Positions 38,945-53,340 of a stretch of 64,000 bases of DNA are shown here, in pieces; position 1 is the first letter of the stretch; every line of letters starts with the position of its first letter. The translations under genes were made by a program, and so were the position numbers. The notes beneath the pieces were generated by a model that saw only the letters and a program-made list of their open reading frames with translations, made no database searches and was not told the DNA's origin. The stretch is from Mobula hypostoma (Eukaryota), in the NCBI RefSeq assembly GCF_963921235.1, contig NC_086097.1, positions 147,066,001 through 147,130,000 on the forward strand. The letters are read 5' to 3'.

Positions 38945-39680
38945 ATAGAGTAATATAGATTGGATCCAGAGTCTTCAGCCTATGCTGACCACAGTGCCCA
39001 CCCAGCCAGTCCCAGTTACTTGCATTCAGCTGACATACCTCCAAACCCTGATCCTCCAAGCCTTAACTGACTCGATCCTGCCTGCATCACTTTGTATGGC
39101 AGCCCTTTCTATGTATTCACTATTCTCTGTGAAAAGGCTGCCTCTCAGGTTCTTTGTAAATCTTTCCTCTCTCATCCTAAATCTATACCCCCTAGTTTTG
39201 GGCTCCCCTATCCTGCAAAAAGGACTGTTATCCATCTTATCTATACTCCTTATAATCGCCCCTTATCCTCTGGCATTCCCAGGAATAAGAACTTGACCTG
39301 GCCATCCTCTCAGATCATCTAGTCCTGAAAACATCCTCAAATGTTTTCTGCACTCTTTCTATTTTAACCACATTTTCTTGTCACAGGGTGACCAAAACTG
39401 CACGCAGTATTGCAAGTGCAGCCTTTGCCACAAGTGTGGAGCAGACTCGATGAACCAAATGGTCTAAATCTGCCCCTATAGCTTATGGTCTTGTACAACT
39501 GCATAATGTCCCAATTCCTACACTCAAGGCCATCTGATGAAGGCCATCTTGCTTAATGCCGTTTTCACTACCCTGCTTACTTGTGATGTTTCTTTCAATG
39601 AAATATGCACTTCTACTCCTAGCTCCCTGTTGTATTACACTCCCTAATGCATACCAATCATTGTACATGTCTGCCTTACT
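38945..39680 (-). mobile_element. Old CR1 3' fragment
   Basis: GEPKTRGYRFRMREERFTKNLRGSLFT. Confidence 0.75.
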
Positions 39681-39829
39681 TGTTAAACCTCAAGCCCTAA
39701 AAATAAATGCAATTTAACTGAGTATTTCTTTCCCTGCCTATACTCTACCCCTGGGTATCCTGATGACGAGACTTGCTCTTATTGGCTATTGCTTTATTCC
39801 ATGATTTGCTCCTGCTCAGACGCCCATCA

Positions 39830-40165
39830 ATCTACGTTTGTAGCTTAAACTTTTCCATGTAGCACTATCAAATTTCCCTGCAAGGATATTGGCTCCTCTC
39901 TGGCTCAAGCATCCCTCTTGTACAGGTTGCCTCTACTCCAGAAGAAATCCCTACGGTCCTATTACCTGAATTCCTGCACCATCCACCCCCTCCTCAGCCA
40001 CAGGTTCATCCGACCTGTCCTTTTATTTCTGACCTCGCTAGCTCATGGCAGCAGCAGTAATCTAGAGATAACTACTCTTGAGATTCTGCTTCTTCCTACC
40101 TTAGTCCAATGCTTTTTCTGCAGGACCTTCTTATCCTTTCTTTTATCCTTGTCAGCTATGACAGC
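39830..40165 (-). mobile_element. CR1 ORF1 (esterase region) fragment
   Basis: Homologous to 51160-51500. Confidence 0.65.
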
Positions 40166-40360
40166 CCCAAGAGTGCAGAACTGCCAGAAATGGAGTTTCT
40201 CCAATTCATTAAGATACCAGAAAACTATATCAACAGCCTCCTATCATTGGGCTTTTACCCTCCCCCATCAACTCCATCTGTCTGCACACTCTTCCACTGG
40301 GTCCCCATTCCCCCCCCTCCCCATGTTCCCACCTGCCCACCATCTCTCCCTTATTTGGTT

Positions 40361-42120
40361 CATCATCATCATCAGGTGCCATGCCCAGTTTGGGCTTTGA
40401 CTGCCATGGCCCACACACTCCTGTTTCAGGTCAAGTGGATCAATTCATTGGTATTCATTTCCAATTCTCTGGCTGCTGTCTCCGTCATCATTTGTCTTTG
40501 TCCTCCTCTTGCTTTCTTCCCTTCAATCTTTCCCATAAATACCATGCATTCTAACTCCTCTTTCCTAATCACATGTCCAATGAAGTTACGTTGCCTTTTC
40601 ATGATCTCATACATTATTTCTCTTTTTGTGTTTGCTCTGTTCATGACATCCTTACTAGATATTCGTTTCATCCATGATATTCTATGCATCCTCTTCAAAA
40701 ACTGTATTTCTGCTGCTACAACTCATCTCCTCATGTTACTAGATATTGTCCAACATTCTGAGCCACATACTATAACTGGATAAACATAACATTTCAGTAC
40801 TCTGAGGCGGGTTGTCATGCCTAGTTTAGCATGCCTAGGTCAGTATACTCTTCATTCTCGTAAAGGTGTCTTTTGCCATCCCTATTCTTTTGATATCCAA
40901 GTCGCACCTGCCATCTGATGTCATCCAGCTTCCTAGGTAGCAAAAGTTCGTTACTTGTTTTATGTCTTCCCCATTTATTCTCAGCCTGCAGATAGGATTT
41001 TCCTTTTTGGATATCACCATACATTCTGTCTTTTTGCAATTGATAGATAGACCCATTTTTGCACTTTCTTCAACAATTATATCAATTAAGTTTTGTAGTT
41101 CTTCCTCCGTACTTGCAATTAATACAGTGTCATCTGCACCTCTGAAATTATCGATGTTTTCACCGCCAACTTTGATTCCCAAGATGTCTCTTATTTTTGT
41201 AATATTGTTTCACTGTACACATTAAATAAATCAGGGGAGAAAACATACCCTTGTCTAATGCCTCTCTTGATTTTCGTAAACTGACTCACTTCTCCATCTA
41301 TTCTTACAGCAGCAGTTTATTCCCAGTACAGATTTCTGATTAGGCGGAGGTCTTTTGAATCTAGATATAGAGTTTTCTGTATTAGTTCAAATAATTTATT
41401 GTGCTTCATTTTATCAAATGCTTTTGTGTAGTCGATAAAACAAACAAATCTTTTTGCACTTGAATAGCTTGTTCTGATAGTATCCTTAACATCAATGTTG
41501 CATTTCTTGTAGCTTTGTCTTTCACAAAACCAAATTGTTCTTTGCCTATTTCAGTTTGTGTCTTACTTTTAGCTCTTGTCATCAAAATTCTTAGAAGTAC
41601 CTTGGTGATATGACCATTAAACTTATGGTCCTATGTAATTCACATTCTATTGCTCCAGGTTTCTTAGGAAAAGTGATAAATACTGATTTTTTTCATCTCT
41701 TGTGGTATTATTTCAGTTTCATAAATGTCATTGATTAAATCAGTAAGTTTTTCAATTCCATGATCTTCAAGGGTGATAATTTGTTCTATTACTAATTCAT
41801 CAAGACCTGCTGCCTTTCTTTTCTTCATCTTATTTTTTGCATTACGAACTTCAGATTTTAAAATACTTGGACCTTCAATGTTTTTTGTAATTTCTAGATT
41901 TTCGCCTCGATTGTCTTCAAACAATTCCTGAATATACTCAGTCCACCTGTTGATAATCTCATCTTTTTTTGTGATAATGGTACCATCTTTTGCTTTGAAA
42001 CAACCGCCTGAAGAACAGAGGAGCTTTTTACCAGTGATATTCTTGATTTGTTGATGATTTGGATCAGTAATAGGGATTCTTTCTATTTGCTCACATTCCT
42101 GGTTTAACCATCCTTCTTTG
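40361..42120 (-). mobile_element. RTE-clade LINE, 5'-truncated, inserted in a Penelope pLTR remnant (40200-42410)
   Basis: GIKVGGENIDNFRGADDTVLIA..FCYLGSWMTSDGRC; FIGHVIRKEELE..GKIEGKKARG; (GAT)n tail at 40361-40374. Confidence 0.9.
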
Positions 42121-42481
42121 ATCCACCCTTCACCTTTCCGTTTTATCAGATCTCATTGTATGCAACCTTTTGTTGTTTCCACCTATCAACTTCCAACCTC
42201 TGTTGATATTTCCACCTTTCTTTCCACCACTTGATTGCATCTGGAAATCACCCCTCCCCACCTGAATCCACCTATCACTAGCCAGTTCTTGTCCCACCCC
42301 TTCCCTCATTACTAGCTATCTACTCTTTCAATACAGATGAAGAAAATATTTTCCCTTACAGATGCTGTCTGATTCTGTTCCAGCATCTGCAGTCTCTTGT
42401 GTCTCCTCTGTACAAAGTCCAACAACAATGTGCAGCACCATTTGCTGAGCTATAACCAAACTTACCACTTAAATGTCTTCC

Positions 42482-42670
42482 AAAGTTCAAAGAAAATTAA
42501 TTATCTAAGTACATATATGTCACCATATACAACCATGAGTTTTTTTTTCTTGTAGGCATGCTTAGTAAATCCAGTAACCATAGTAGAATTAATGAAAGAC
42601 CACACCTATCAGGCCGGATAACCAGTGTGCCAAAGACAACAAACTGTGCAAATACTGTACAAAAGAATAA
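42482..42670 (-). mobile_element. Rex1-type 3' tail fragment
   Basis: Reverse-complement homology to 16390-16525. Confidence 0.6.
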
Positions 42671-44208
42671 AAAATATTGTTCAATGAGGACAATACACAA
42701 TTGCATATAAAACTTTGTCACTCTTACACTATGTCTATCTGATTACATATTAACTAAAACTATACGGCTCCCTCACAGGACCTAGGAAAAGAGAATATTG
42801 AGAAAACCAAAAGATTGTATGAAGTCTCAGTAATAAAAATGGTATGTGCCCTTCAAAACAAAGGTTACCTTCTCCAAAAGAATACTTTGCAGAATTAAGT
42901 ATTGTATCTCAAAGAAGGACTTAATAACAACATCCAAACAATGAGTTGAGTAGGTTTTTGACTTATTTTATTTGTCAAATATCTACCCAACTCAATATGC
43001 TTTCAATTCTTGGGCCATCTACTAATATTTTAGAGTATGGCAGTGGCTGCTCACTCTATATGGAAATATGCTGCATTCAAAATGGGAGATATTTCTGCTA
43101 AAAGAACTGTCGTTATATTCCAGAAGTAGTTCTCAGTGTGAAGAACTGGATTGTTTGGTGGAGACATGATAGACAATTTTCATTCCAAATAATCATTCAG
43201 AATATTTGTTTATACAGCTAATTTCACAATTTAGTTCAAATTAACAAACATTTTATATTGAAACCTCCAGGTGTCCCAAAATACCTTCTAATATCCTCTG
43301 TGAAATAAAATAATTTGATGTTAATTTGATTGCATGATCTAGATTTTCTTCAGACAGTGCAATTTCAATTCAGTTTTAGGTCTTGCCATTAGACTATAAC
43401 CAATGGGACATGAATTACCAGGATAATGTGATTTCCTATCAAATAACCTTGATATAACATGTAATGTAAAATATAATGTGCATCATTCCATCATTCCTAG
43501 CTCTCTACAATAGTCAGGTTTATTGAAATAACAAACTGATTATTTGAAGTGGGGGTGCTTCCAGGATGACTCATTTAGCTTGAAGAAATTGAAGCTAAAG
43601 TATTCTCCATGGCCCCTTTAGTACGAGAGCCAGGTTTGGTGTCAAGAGCACAGTTCATGTTTCACTGCAGCTCCTTGGTAAGGTCTCAATGAAAGAGACA
43701 AAATGATGCACAAGATTTTAGCTCTTTCTTCCTGGTAATCCTGATATTTAGTGTTTCTAGCTTGAGAGGAAGTCTAAAGAAAATGCATCATGCACTGATA
43801 TTGGTAAATTGTGCTGAATTAGCTAAAATAAATTCCAATGTAATCCCAAGAACACTTATAGAACCCAAATCTTTGACTTCTATTTACTTACCTAAACATT
43901 ATATGCTAAATTCTTACAGGAAAGCATCATGGATTCCCTAATAAATAAACAGACACGAGTGAATGATTTTTGTAGAAGTTTATCTTGGAGACTTCTAAAC
44001 ATGGTAATTAAATCTCACTCATGTCAAAAACCTGTATATTGATCAAAGATGTTGCTTGTGAAGTACAGCTTGGTTTATGTTTGAACTTGATACTGAGAAT
44101 ACAGTAAGGTGAAAGTTGAACTTTGTGGGTTTCATAACAAGGGTTGCTTGACGATTGAACAACTTCCAATGTATTTTACTTAAGGCATTAAGCCATTATT
44201 TACGCCTG

Positions 44209-44346
44209 GAGTCCTGTTGAAGAGTCTCGGCCTGAAACATCCACTGCACTCTTTTCCATAGATGCTACCTGGCCTGCTGAGCTCCTCCAGCATTTTGTGT
44301 GTGCTGCTCGGAGTTCCAGCATCAGCGGATTTTCTCCTGCTTGTGA
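44209..44346 (+). mobile_element. Penelope pLTR fragment with mutated hammerhead core
   Basis: gtcctgttgaagagtctcggcctgaaacatcc..gatgctacctggcctgctgagctcctccagc. Confidence 0.75.
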
Positions 44347-45687
44347 CTTGTTTAAACGTTGCTACCTGCTGAAAGCACAAACATGAAAATAGGGCTGAAA
44401 TTGTCTATGAGAGTGCTGGCAATCCCAAACGCTGGTGCTCTTTGTGTGGAGCTTCCTGTGATGATGTGGACTCACATCCCAGTGATGTACAGGTCGGTGG
44501 GGTAAGAAGAGATTCTACATTGCTCCTTGAGTAGTAGAATTTGTGTGAACTTGATAGGAGTGTGGAGAGTTTAGGTGACAGAGAATATTAGTGAAAGGCT
44601 GGGATTATTCAGTGACCCACATAGATTCAAATAGGTCAAGTAGTTTTTCGACTATCATGAGGAACTATGGAAATCAATTGCGAGGACAATCCTTTAACCA
44701 ATTATTATCTGGGATCAAATTTCTAGGAAAGACAGCAGAGGACCTCTTATGACATTGAAATGGCACCTCGAAATGGATATTCAAGCAAGGATTTGGAGTC
44801 TTGAACTCATTAAAATATCAGAGCAACAGTATCTTGACTTTGCACGCTTTCCTCATGTACAGTCAACTCTACACTCTTGGCAAAGAGGAACAGGGCACAT
44901 CCAACATTTTTACAGGAAAAATTCAGTTAAGCATGCAAATAAGCTTACACTTTAGGTTGGGAATCATAATTATCCGGGAGAGGAGGAAGCAAGGAATAGG
45001 CAGTAGGCTGCATTAGCATTAGTAAAACCAAAATAAAGCTATCAAGATACTGAATGTTCATTGAGGTTTATAGGCAGAGAAATCAAATGTTTGCTTGTAT
45101 GGCAACATCAGATGCATTTCAAAGTGATTAATCATATGAAGTCCTTTCAATTGTTTCTTAAAGGTGAACAAAGATTCTAAATAGGGGAACTTCGTCTTTA
45201 TTATGAGCATGAGGCCGTTCATATTTTTGAACATGAAAGAAGGAATTCTGAGTTTAAATGGTAGCAAAAGAGTTCAAGTTAACTGGCAATGGGGAAAGGC
45301 TACAAGGCTGATTAAGTGAGAGAGGAAAGTAAGATTATCATGGTGACATGTTTCATTCAGAATCATATGAGGAGAAACAAGGGACACGTAGCTGGTGATT
45401 GAATCGTGTTATGTAATTTGATTTTTTTAATATTCTTAATACATATGGGAAATTTAAGCATTGTTTTATGTGTTTAATTTCCCTTGAGAGTCATGAACAT
45501 TTGAAAATAGATTATAAATTCCATAACATCTCATGAGGTTTGGCAGTCTTGTACAAGACAATATTAACTACAGAATTACAGAATCTGAACAAGTCATGCT
45601 CCATTTATGTTATATGGAACAATCAATGTAAATTCGCATTGGGAAATTATTCCAATTTACTTGTTGAAGTCTTCCTCCTCAGAGCAC

Positions 45688-46042
45688 TAGAACATAGAAA
45701 TCTACAGCACATTACAGGCCCTTCAGCCCACAATGTTGTGCCGACCATGTAACCTACTCTAGAATCTGCCCAGAATTTCCCTACTGCATAGCCCTCTATT
45801 TTTCTAAGCTCCACATACCTATCTAAGAGTCTCTTAAAAGACCCTATATTATCCACCTTTACCATCATCACTAGCAGTGCATTCCACACCCCCCCCCAAC
45901 TCTTTGTGTGAAAAACTTACCTCTGACATCCCCTCTGTACCTACTTCCAAGCACATTAAAACTACACCCCCTTGTGTTAGCCATTTCAGCCTTGGGGAAA
46001 AAAGCCTCTGGCTATCCACATGATCAATGCCTCTCATCATCA
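45688..46042 (-). mobile_element. CR1 3' end
   Basis: MMRGIDHVDSQRLF; tagaacatagaa tail. Confidence 0.85.
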
Positions 46043-48409
46043 CTAGATTCCATGGATTATATTTATGTACTGCAGATGGCCTCTGGAATAAGTCGCTATA
46101 TTATATGTGTTTTGGTTACGCACAGTGGAAAATATGATTCAGATATTTTTCTGCTGAACCACATAGGTGAGGATTCTGTTACATGTTCTCACTCAAAGTA
46201 AGTGTGGACTGGAATGTTGGGACTTGATGATCAATGACTAGAATCACAACAATTCTAATTTTCCCGTTATTATCAGTAATCCTTCTCAAAGTTTAAAAAA
46301 AGAGGAGAGGCTGATTTATGGATAAACTCTAGAGCAGAGGTTTCTCCAGCAATTAAACCATAAATCCATTTTCTGTTTCAACCAGCATAATGTGTGAAAG
46401 ATAGGTTCTATTGCTCTGAAAATTAAGAACAAAGATGGCTCAAGCAACAATGGAAGAAAAGAGAGTAAAAAGTCCAACTTTGAATTTTGGCAATTGTGTA
46501 ATATAAATCGTTCTAGATTGATTACTCTTCATCAACTCTTCCAAATTTTCAAGATTCAAGATTCAACTACATTTATTATCAAAGAATTATGCCACCTTGA
46601 GGTTTTCTGATGTCCATTTAAAGCAATTTCCCTGAGCCTAAAACAATCTCTTTTTTTGCCTAATGTGTTCAGATCATTGAGATTCAGAGTACATTGGACA
46701 TCTGGGGATATCTACAAGGCAATGAGGAAAAACATGCCTATTTTATAAACACCATTAGTGTCTCTCACTGAGATGGCAATCTAGAAATACCCGAAGCAGT
46801 TTCTCTGCATGTACTGCAGAGATCAAGCAGGACTGGGATATTTTGTTTCCTTGTTTTTCTTTCATACTGAGTTATGATAACACAAATGTTGGTTGCTTGA
46901 CAGCAGCCTGTTCAGGATTGGTTATAATTTATGTTTTAAAATGTGCATACAAGCCACTTATCTTTCTGATAGTCCCATCCTGAGCACTTATGAGACAATG
47001 AACTACTGTTAAAAATCTTGGCTGATGTTTTAGTTCAATGGTAGCCTCAGGGTTTGATTCAAGAACAGTCTATAGACTGGAGTAGACCATTCAGGGTCTG
47101 CTTAATTTGAGAACTTGGCATTGTTTCATTTCAGAATCAAAGTAAAATGGAGGCTGGAAGAGAAAATCCAATATTTGCTGATGCTGGATGTCCAAAATAA
47201 AAACATGAAATACTATACTGGAAACACCCATCTGTTGAAGTCGAAATAATTAACATTTTGGGTCCATACACCTTCATCAGAAGTGGGAAATAGAGGATAA
47301 CAAGTGAGTTTTCAATTAGAGAGAAGATAAAGGAGTTGTGGGTAGAACAAAGTGCAGCTGCTTATTGTTAACAAAAACTGCTCATAGAAGTGACAGGGGA
47401 TCTTAGCCAATATTTGCTCATAAAACAACATTACTAGCACAAAATTACCACACTGCTGTGGAAAACAATGGTGTATCTTTAAGATCATGTCACCGACTTT
47501 TAAATGCTGATGGTATTGTTGTGGTAGAAGGAACAATGGAAATACACACTTTCATTTTCATTCCAGGATTTCATTACATCATCTCAATGATCATTCTAGA
47601 GCAATTCTAAAGGGATACTCTACTGTTTAGGAGATTGTACTATTGATGAAATGTTAGCCTAATGCACTAGCTGATGAAGAAACCTTAATTGATGACCATT
47701 ATTAAGTTCTCATGGACAGCATAATTTTCCAAATCTAGAACAGGCTATAAAGTAAAAGCAGAAAATGGTGGAAATACTTAATGGATCAGGTAGGAAGAGA
47801 AAGTGTTACTATAAATTAATAAAAAGCAGATGTCAGAAAGATGAAATACAAACAGAAAGTTTGGAACCACTCTGCAAGTTAGACAGTATCCATGGAAAGA
47901 GAAAGAAAAAAATATTTTAGATCAAAGAATTCAGTGTCTGAACAATAAAGTATAGGAAACAAGTTTGCTTTAAGTTTTAGAGAATGTAGAGATGGGATGG
48001 ATAAGGAAACAGAAAACTTAAGATAGGCTGATGACGAGGCTGCTGTAAGGATAGCCTGTGAACTATGTCATCTGGTTGATTGGTTTATGAGGGAATTTAG
48101 AAAGGGGTAGAATACAAACAAAAGTATATACCATCTGTGAACTGCAAAGGAATTGGAGAAGCCCAGCAGGTCATGAATTCACAGCAAGGAGAGGATGAGT
48201 AAACTTATGTGGAAGTGGACAGGTGTGATACAAACAGATATAATGAGCCACTGAAGCTATTGAATTCCATTTTGTATTTGGAAGGTTACAACTGCCGAGA
48301 TGGAATATAAAGTGATTAAGCTTACATTGGGCTTCATTATGAAACTGCAGGACGACACCAATAACTAGTGCACAATGGAAGTGGGATAAAGAATTGAAAT
48401 GGCGGACAA

Positions 48410-51400
48410 CATAGAACATAGTATAGTACAGCACAGTACTGGCCCTTCGGCCCACATTGTTGTGCTGACCCTCAAACCCTGTCTCCCATATAACCCCCCA
48501 CCTTAAATTCCTCCATATACTTGTCTAGTAGTCTCTTAAATTTCACTAGTGTATCTGCCTCCACCACTGACTCAGGCAGTGTATTCCACACACCAACCAC
48601 TCCCTGAGTAAAAAACCTTCCTCTAATATCCCCCTTGAACTTCCCACCCCTTACCTTAAAGCCATGTCCCCTTGTATTGAGTAGTGGTGCCCTGGGGAAG
48701 AAGTGCTTGCTATCCACTCTATCTATTCCTCTTAATATCTTGTATACCTCTATCATGTCTCCTCTCATCCTCCTTCTCTCCAGAGAGTAAAGCCCTAGCT
48801 CCCTTAATCTCTGATCTTAATCCATACTCTCAAAACCAGGCAGCATCCTGGTAAATCTCCTCTGTACCCTTTCCAATGCTTCCACATCCTTCCTATAGTG
48901 AGGCGACCAGAACTGGACACAGTACTCCAAGTGTGGCCTAACCAGAGTTTTATAGAGCTGCATCATTACATTGCGACTCTTAAACTCTATCCCTCAACTT
49001 ATGAAAGCTAACATCCCATAAGCTTTCTTAACTACCCTATCTACCTGTGAGGCAACTTTCAGGGATCAGTGGACATGTACCTCCAGGTCCCTCTGCTCCT
49101 CCACACTACCAAGTATCCTGCCATTTACTTTGTACTCTGCCTTGGAGTTTGTCCTTCCAAAGTGTACCACCCACACTTCCCCAGGTTAAACTCCATCTGC
49201 CACTTCTCAGCCCACTTCTGCAACCTATCAATGTCTCTCTGCAATCTTTGACAATCCTCTACACTACTTACAACACCACCAACCTCTGTGTCGTCTGCAA
49301 ACTTGCCAACCCACCCCTCTGCCCCCACATCCAGGTCGCTAATAAAAATCACGAAAAGTAGAGGTCCCAGAACCGATCCTTGTGGGACACCACTAGTCAC
49401 AACCCTCCAATCCGAATGTACTCCCTCCACCACGACCCTCTGCCTTCTGCAGGCAAGCCAATTCTGAATCCACCTGGCCAAACATCCCTGGATCCCATGC
49501 CTTCTGACTTTCTGAATAAGCCTACTGTGTAGAACCTTGTCAAATGCCTTACTAAAATCCATATAGATCATATCCACTGCACTACCCTCATCTATATACC
49601 TGGTCACCTCCTCAAAGAACTCTATCAGGCTTGTCAGACACGATCTGCCCTTCACAAGACCATGCTAGCCAGAGGCTCAGCAATCTCTTCGCTCACCTTG
49701 TGGATCAGCCCAGGGACTTATCTGTCCTAATGTATTTTAATAACTCCAACACCTCCTCTCCCTTAATATCAACATGCTCCAGAACACCAACCTCACTCAT
49801 ATTGTCCTCGCCATCATCAAGTTCCCTCTCATTGGTGAATACTGAAGAGAAGTATTCATTGAGGACCTCGCTCACTTCCACAGCCTCCAGGCACATCTTC
49901 CCACCTTTATCTCTAATTGGTCCTACCTTCACTCCTGTCATCCTTTTGTTCTTCACATAATTGAAGAATGCCTTGGGGTTTTCCTTTGCCCTAATCACCA
50001 AGGCCTTCTCATGACCCCTTCTTGCTCTTCTCAGCCCCTTCTTAACTTCCTTTGTTGCTTCCCTATATTCCTCAATAGACCCATCTGATCCTTGCTTCCT
50101 AAACCTCATGTATGCTGCCTTCTTCCACTTGACTAGATTCTCCACCTCATTTGTCACCCATGGTTCCTTCACCCTACCATTCTTTATCTTTCTCACGGGG
50201 ACAAATTTATCCCTAACATCCCGCAAGAGATCTCCAAACATCGACCACATGCCCATAGTACATTTCCCTGCAAAAACATCATCCCAATTCACACCCACAA
50301 GTTCTAGCCGTATAGCCTCATAATTTGCCTTTCCCCAATTAAAAATTTTCCTGTCCTCTTTGATTCTATCCTTTTCCATGATAATTATAAAGGCCAGGGT
50401 GTGGTGGTCACTGTCCCCCAGATGCTCACCCACTGAGAGATCTGTGACCTGACCCGGTTCATTACCTAGCACTAGATCTAGTATGGCATTCCCCCTGGTC
50501 AGCCAGTCCACATACTGTGACAAGAATCCGTCCTGGACACACTTAACAAACTCTGCCCCATCCAAACCCTTGGAACTAATCAGGTGCCAATCAATATTAG
50601 GGAAGTTAAAGTCACCCATGATAACAATCCTGTTATTTTTGTACCTTTTCAAAATCTGACACCCAATCTGCTCCTTGGTATCTCTGCTGCTACCAGGGGG
50701 CCTATAGAATACTCCCAATAGAGTAACTTCTCCCTTCCTGTTCCTGATTTCCACCCATACTGACTCAAAAGATGATCCTGCTACATTACCCATCCTTTCT
50801 GTAGCTGTAATGGTATCCCTGACCAGAAATGCCACCCCTCCTCCCCTTCCCCCCCCCCCATCCCTTTTAAAGTACTGAAATCCAGGAATATTGAGAATCC
50901 ATTCCTGCCCTGGTGCCAGCCAAGTCCTTGTAATGGCCACTACATCATAATTCCATGTACATATCCAAGCTCTCAGTTCATCACCTTTGTTCCTGATGCT
51001 TCTTGCATTGAAGTACACGCACTCTAGCCCTTCTACCTTCCTACCTTTATCCCCTTTATTCTGCTTCTCTTTCCTCAAAGCCTCTCTATATGTTAGATCT
51101 GGCTTTACTCCATGCACTTCTTGCACTGCTCTATTGCTCCAGATCCCATCCCCCTCGTAAATTAGTTTAAACTCTCCCGAACCATGCTAGCAAACCTACC
51201 TGCAAGGATATTGCTCCCCCTTGAGTTCAGGTGCAACCCATCCAAGCTGTACAGGTCCCACCTTCCCCAGAAGAGATCCCAATTATCCAAAAATCAAAAC
51301 CCTGCCCGCTGCACCAACTCCTCAGCCACGCATTCAACTGCCATCTCCTCCAACTCTTACCATCACTATCAAGTAGCATTGGCAGCAATCCTGAGAACGT

Positions 51401-51580
51401 CACCCTTAACGTCCTGTTCTTCAGCCTTCTGCCTAGTTCCTGACACTCACACTTCAGGACCTCATCCCTCTTCCTGCCTATGTCGTTGGTGCCAACATGT
51501 GTCACGACTTCTGGTTGCTTTCCCTCTCATACCAGGATGTCGTGCATCCGGTCAGAGACATCCCGGACCCTGGCACCCTG
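48410..51580 (-). mobile_element. Relatively young CR1 LINE: ORF1 esterase C-terminus, ORF2 with internal deletion, 3' tail
   Basis: HVGTNDIGRKRDEVL (ORF1); 473-aa open EN region FNARSI..MGDFNFP..DSDH; SGVPQGSVLGP..KFADDT RT. Confidence 0.95.
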
Positions 51581-51609
51581 GCAAGAAGCTTGGAGACGTC
51601 TGAATTATT

Positions 51610-52895
51610 GAGTCATGGCTGACAGAAGATAGTAGTTGGGAACTTAACATCCAAGCATACACGTTGCATTGAAAGCAGAGGCAGGTAGGCAGAGGGAGTG
51701 GGTGGCACTGTTGTTAAAAATGAAATCAAATCCTTAGAAAGAAGTAACATAGGATCAGAAGATGCAGAATCCTTCTGGGTATTGTAAAGATACCGCAAGG
51801 ATAAAAGGACCATGATGGGAGTTATAGACAGGCCTCTGAACAGTAGCCAGGATGCAGGGTACAGGGAGTGGTAGTAGTTGGTTGTCTCTCCTCCTGGAGG
51901 CCTGTGACTAGTGGCGTGCCACAGGAATCAGTGCTGGGTCGATTGCTGTTTATCATTTACATCAACAATCTGGAAGGTAATGTAGCAAACTGGATCTGCC
52001 TATTTGCCGATGACACCAAGGCTGGGGTGTAGTAAACAGCAAGAAAGGCTATCAAAGCTTGCAGTGGGATCTGGACATTCTGGAAAAGTGGGCTAAGGAA
52101 TGGGAAAGGGAATTTAATGCAGAAAAATGTCAGTTGCACTTTGGGAGGACAAAGCATGGTAGGACCTATATAATGAGTAGTAGGGCACTGAGGAATGCAA
52201 TAGAACAGAAAGACCTAGGAATATGGATGCATAATTCCTTGAAAGTTGCGTCACAGGTACATAGGGTCATAATGACAGCTTTTGGCACATTGTCCATAAA
52301 TGAAGGTACTAAGTATAGGAGTTGGGATGTTATATTGAAGTTCTATAATAAGTTAGTGAGACCTAAATTGGAGTATTGTGTCCAGTTCTGGTCACCTACC
52401 CACAGGAAAGTTATCAGTAAGATTGAAAGTGTGTAGAGAAAATTTACAAGGATGTTGCTAGGACTTGAGACCTGATTTTTTAGGACTGGTTGAATTGGTT
52501 TGTACCTTTGTTCACCAGAGAATAGGAGAAAGAGGAGACATTTGACGGACGACTACAAATTTATGAGGGGCTTAGACAGGGTAAATGCAAGCAGATCTTT
52601 TCCACTGAGGTTGGGTGTGACTAAAACTAGAGGTCCCAGATTAAGAGTAAAAGGTGAAATGTTTAAGGTGAACGTGAGTGAGAGTGAGAGTGTGGAATAA
52701 GGTGCCAATGGAGGTAATGCATGTGGGTTTGCTTTCAATGTTTGAGAGAAATTTGGATAGAATATATAGATGGGAGGGATATGGAGGGCTATGGTCTGGA
52801 TGCAGGTCAATGGGAATAGGCAGACTAATAGTTCAGCACAGACTAGATGGGCCAAAAGGCCTGTTTCTCTGTTATAGTATTCTATAACTCCATGG
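51610..52895 (+). mobile_element. CR1 fragments (EN piece joined to RT/3' end)
   Basis: tatttgccgatgacaccaag (FADDTK); LVRPKLEYCVQFWSP; ctataactccatggct tail. Confidence 0.85.
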
Positions 52896-53110
52896 CTCTA
52901 AGAATGAAATGTGTATTTTTTGGGAGATTTTTATTAATTTCCCCATTGAATGACAGCAACACTATTATTAAGTGAAATCCTTCAAGCCTTTAACAGTTTT
53001 TGAGCATATTGCACTGATATCAAGTTTATTATTGAAGTATGTATACATTATAGAACCTTGAGATTCATCTCCTGACAGGCAGCCACAAAACAAAGGAACC
53101 CAATGTATGC

Positions 53111-53340
53111 ATAAAAAAAAGACTGTCGAACAACTAATGTGCAGAGAGAAAAAAAAACATCATGCCTATAAAAAAAACCCATAAAAAATAAGAGAACTCA
53201 TAAAAAAAGACTGCTGAGCACCCAATGTGAAGAGGGAAAAAAACGCATATCATGCCCATAAAGAAGAACCATAAAAGATAAAAGAATCAATTAAAAAGGA
53301 CCATCGAATGTGCAGAGAAAAAGAACACATCATGCAAACA
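53111..53340. repeat. Degenerate ~90-bp tandem repeat (~2.5 copies) inside a retroposon tail remnant
   Basis: Units starting ataaaaaaa(a)gactg / attaaaaaggacc at ~53111, 53200, 53290, each with aatgtg.agag..catcatgc. Confidence 0.65.

Noticed and set aside
40109..40783. 224-aa plus-strand ORF
   Set aside because: Antisense read across CR1, Penelope and RTE fragments
43560..46780. Isolated acceptor-plus-short-ORF segments near 43.7 kb and 46.7 kb
   Set aside because: No recognisable protein or consistent exon chain; indistinguishable from background
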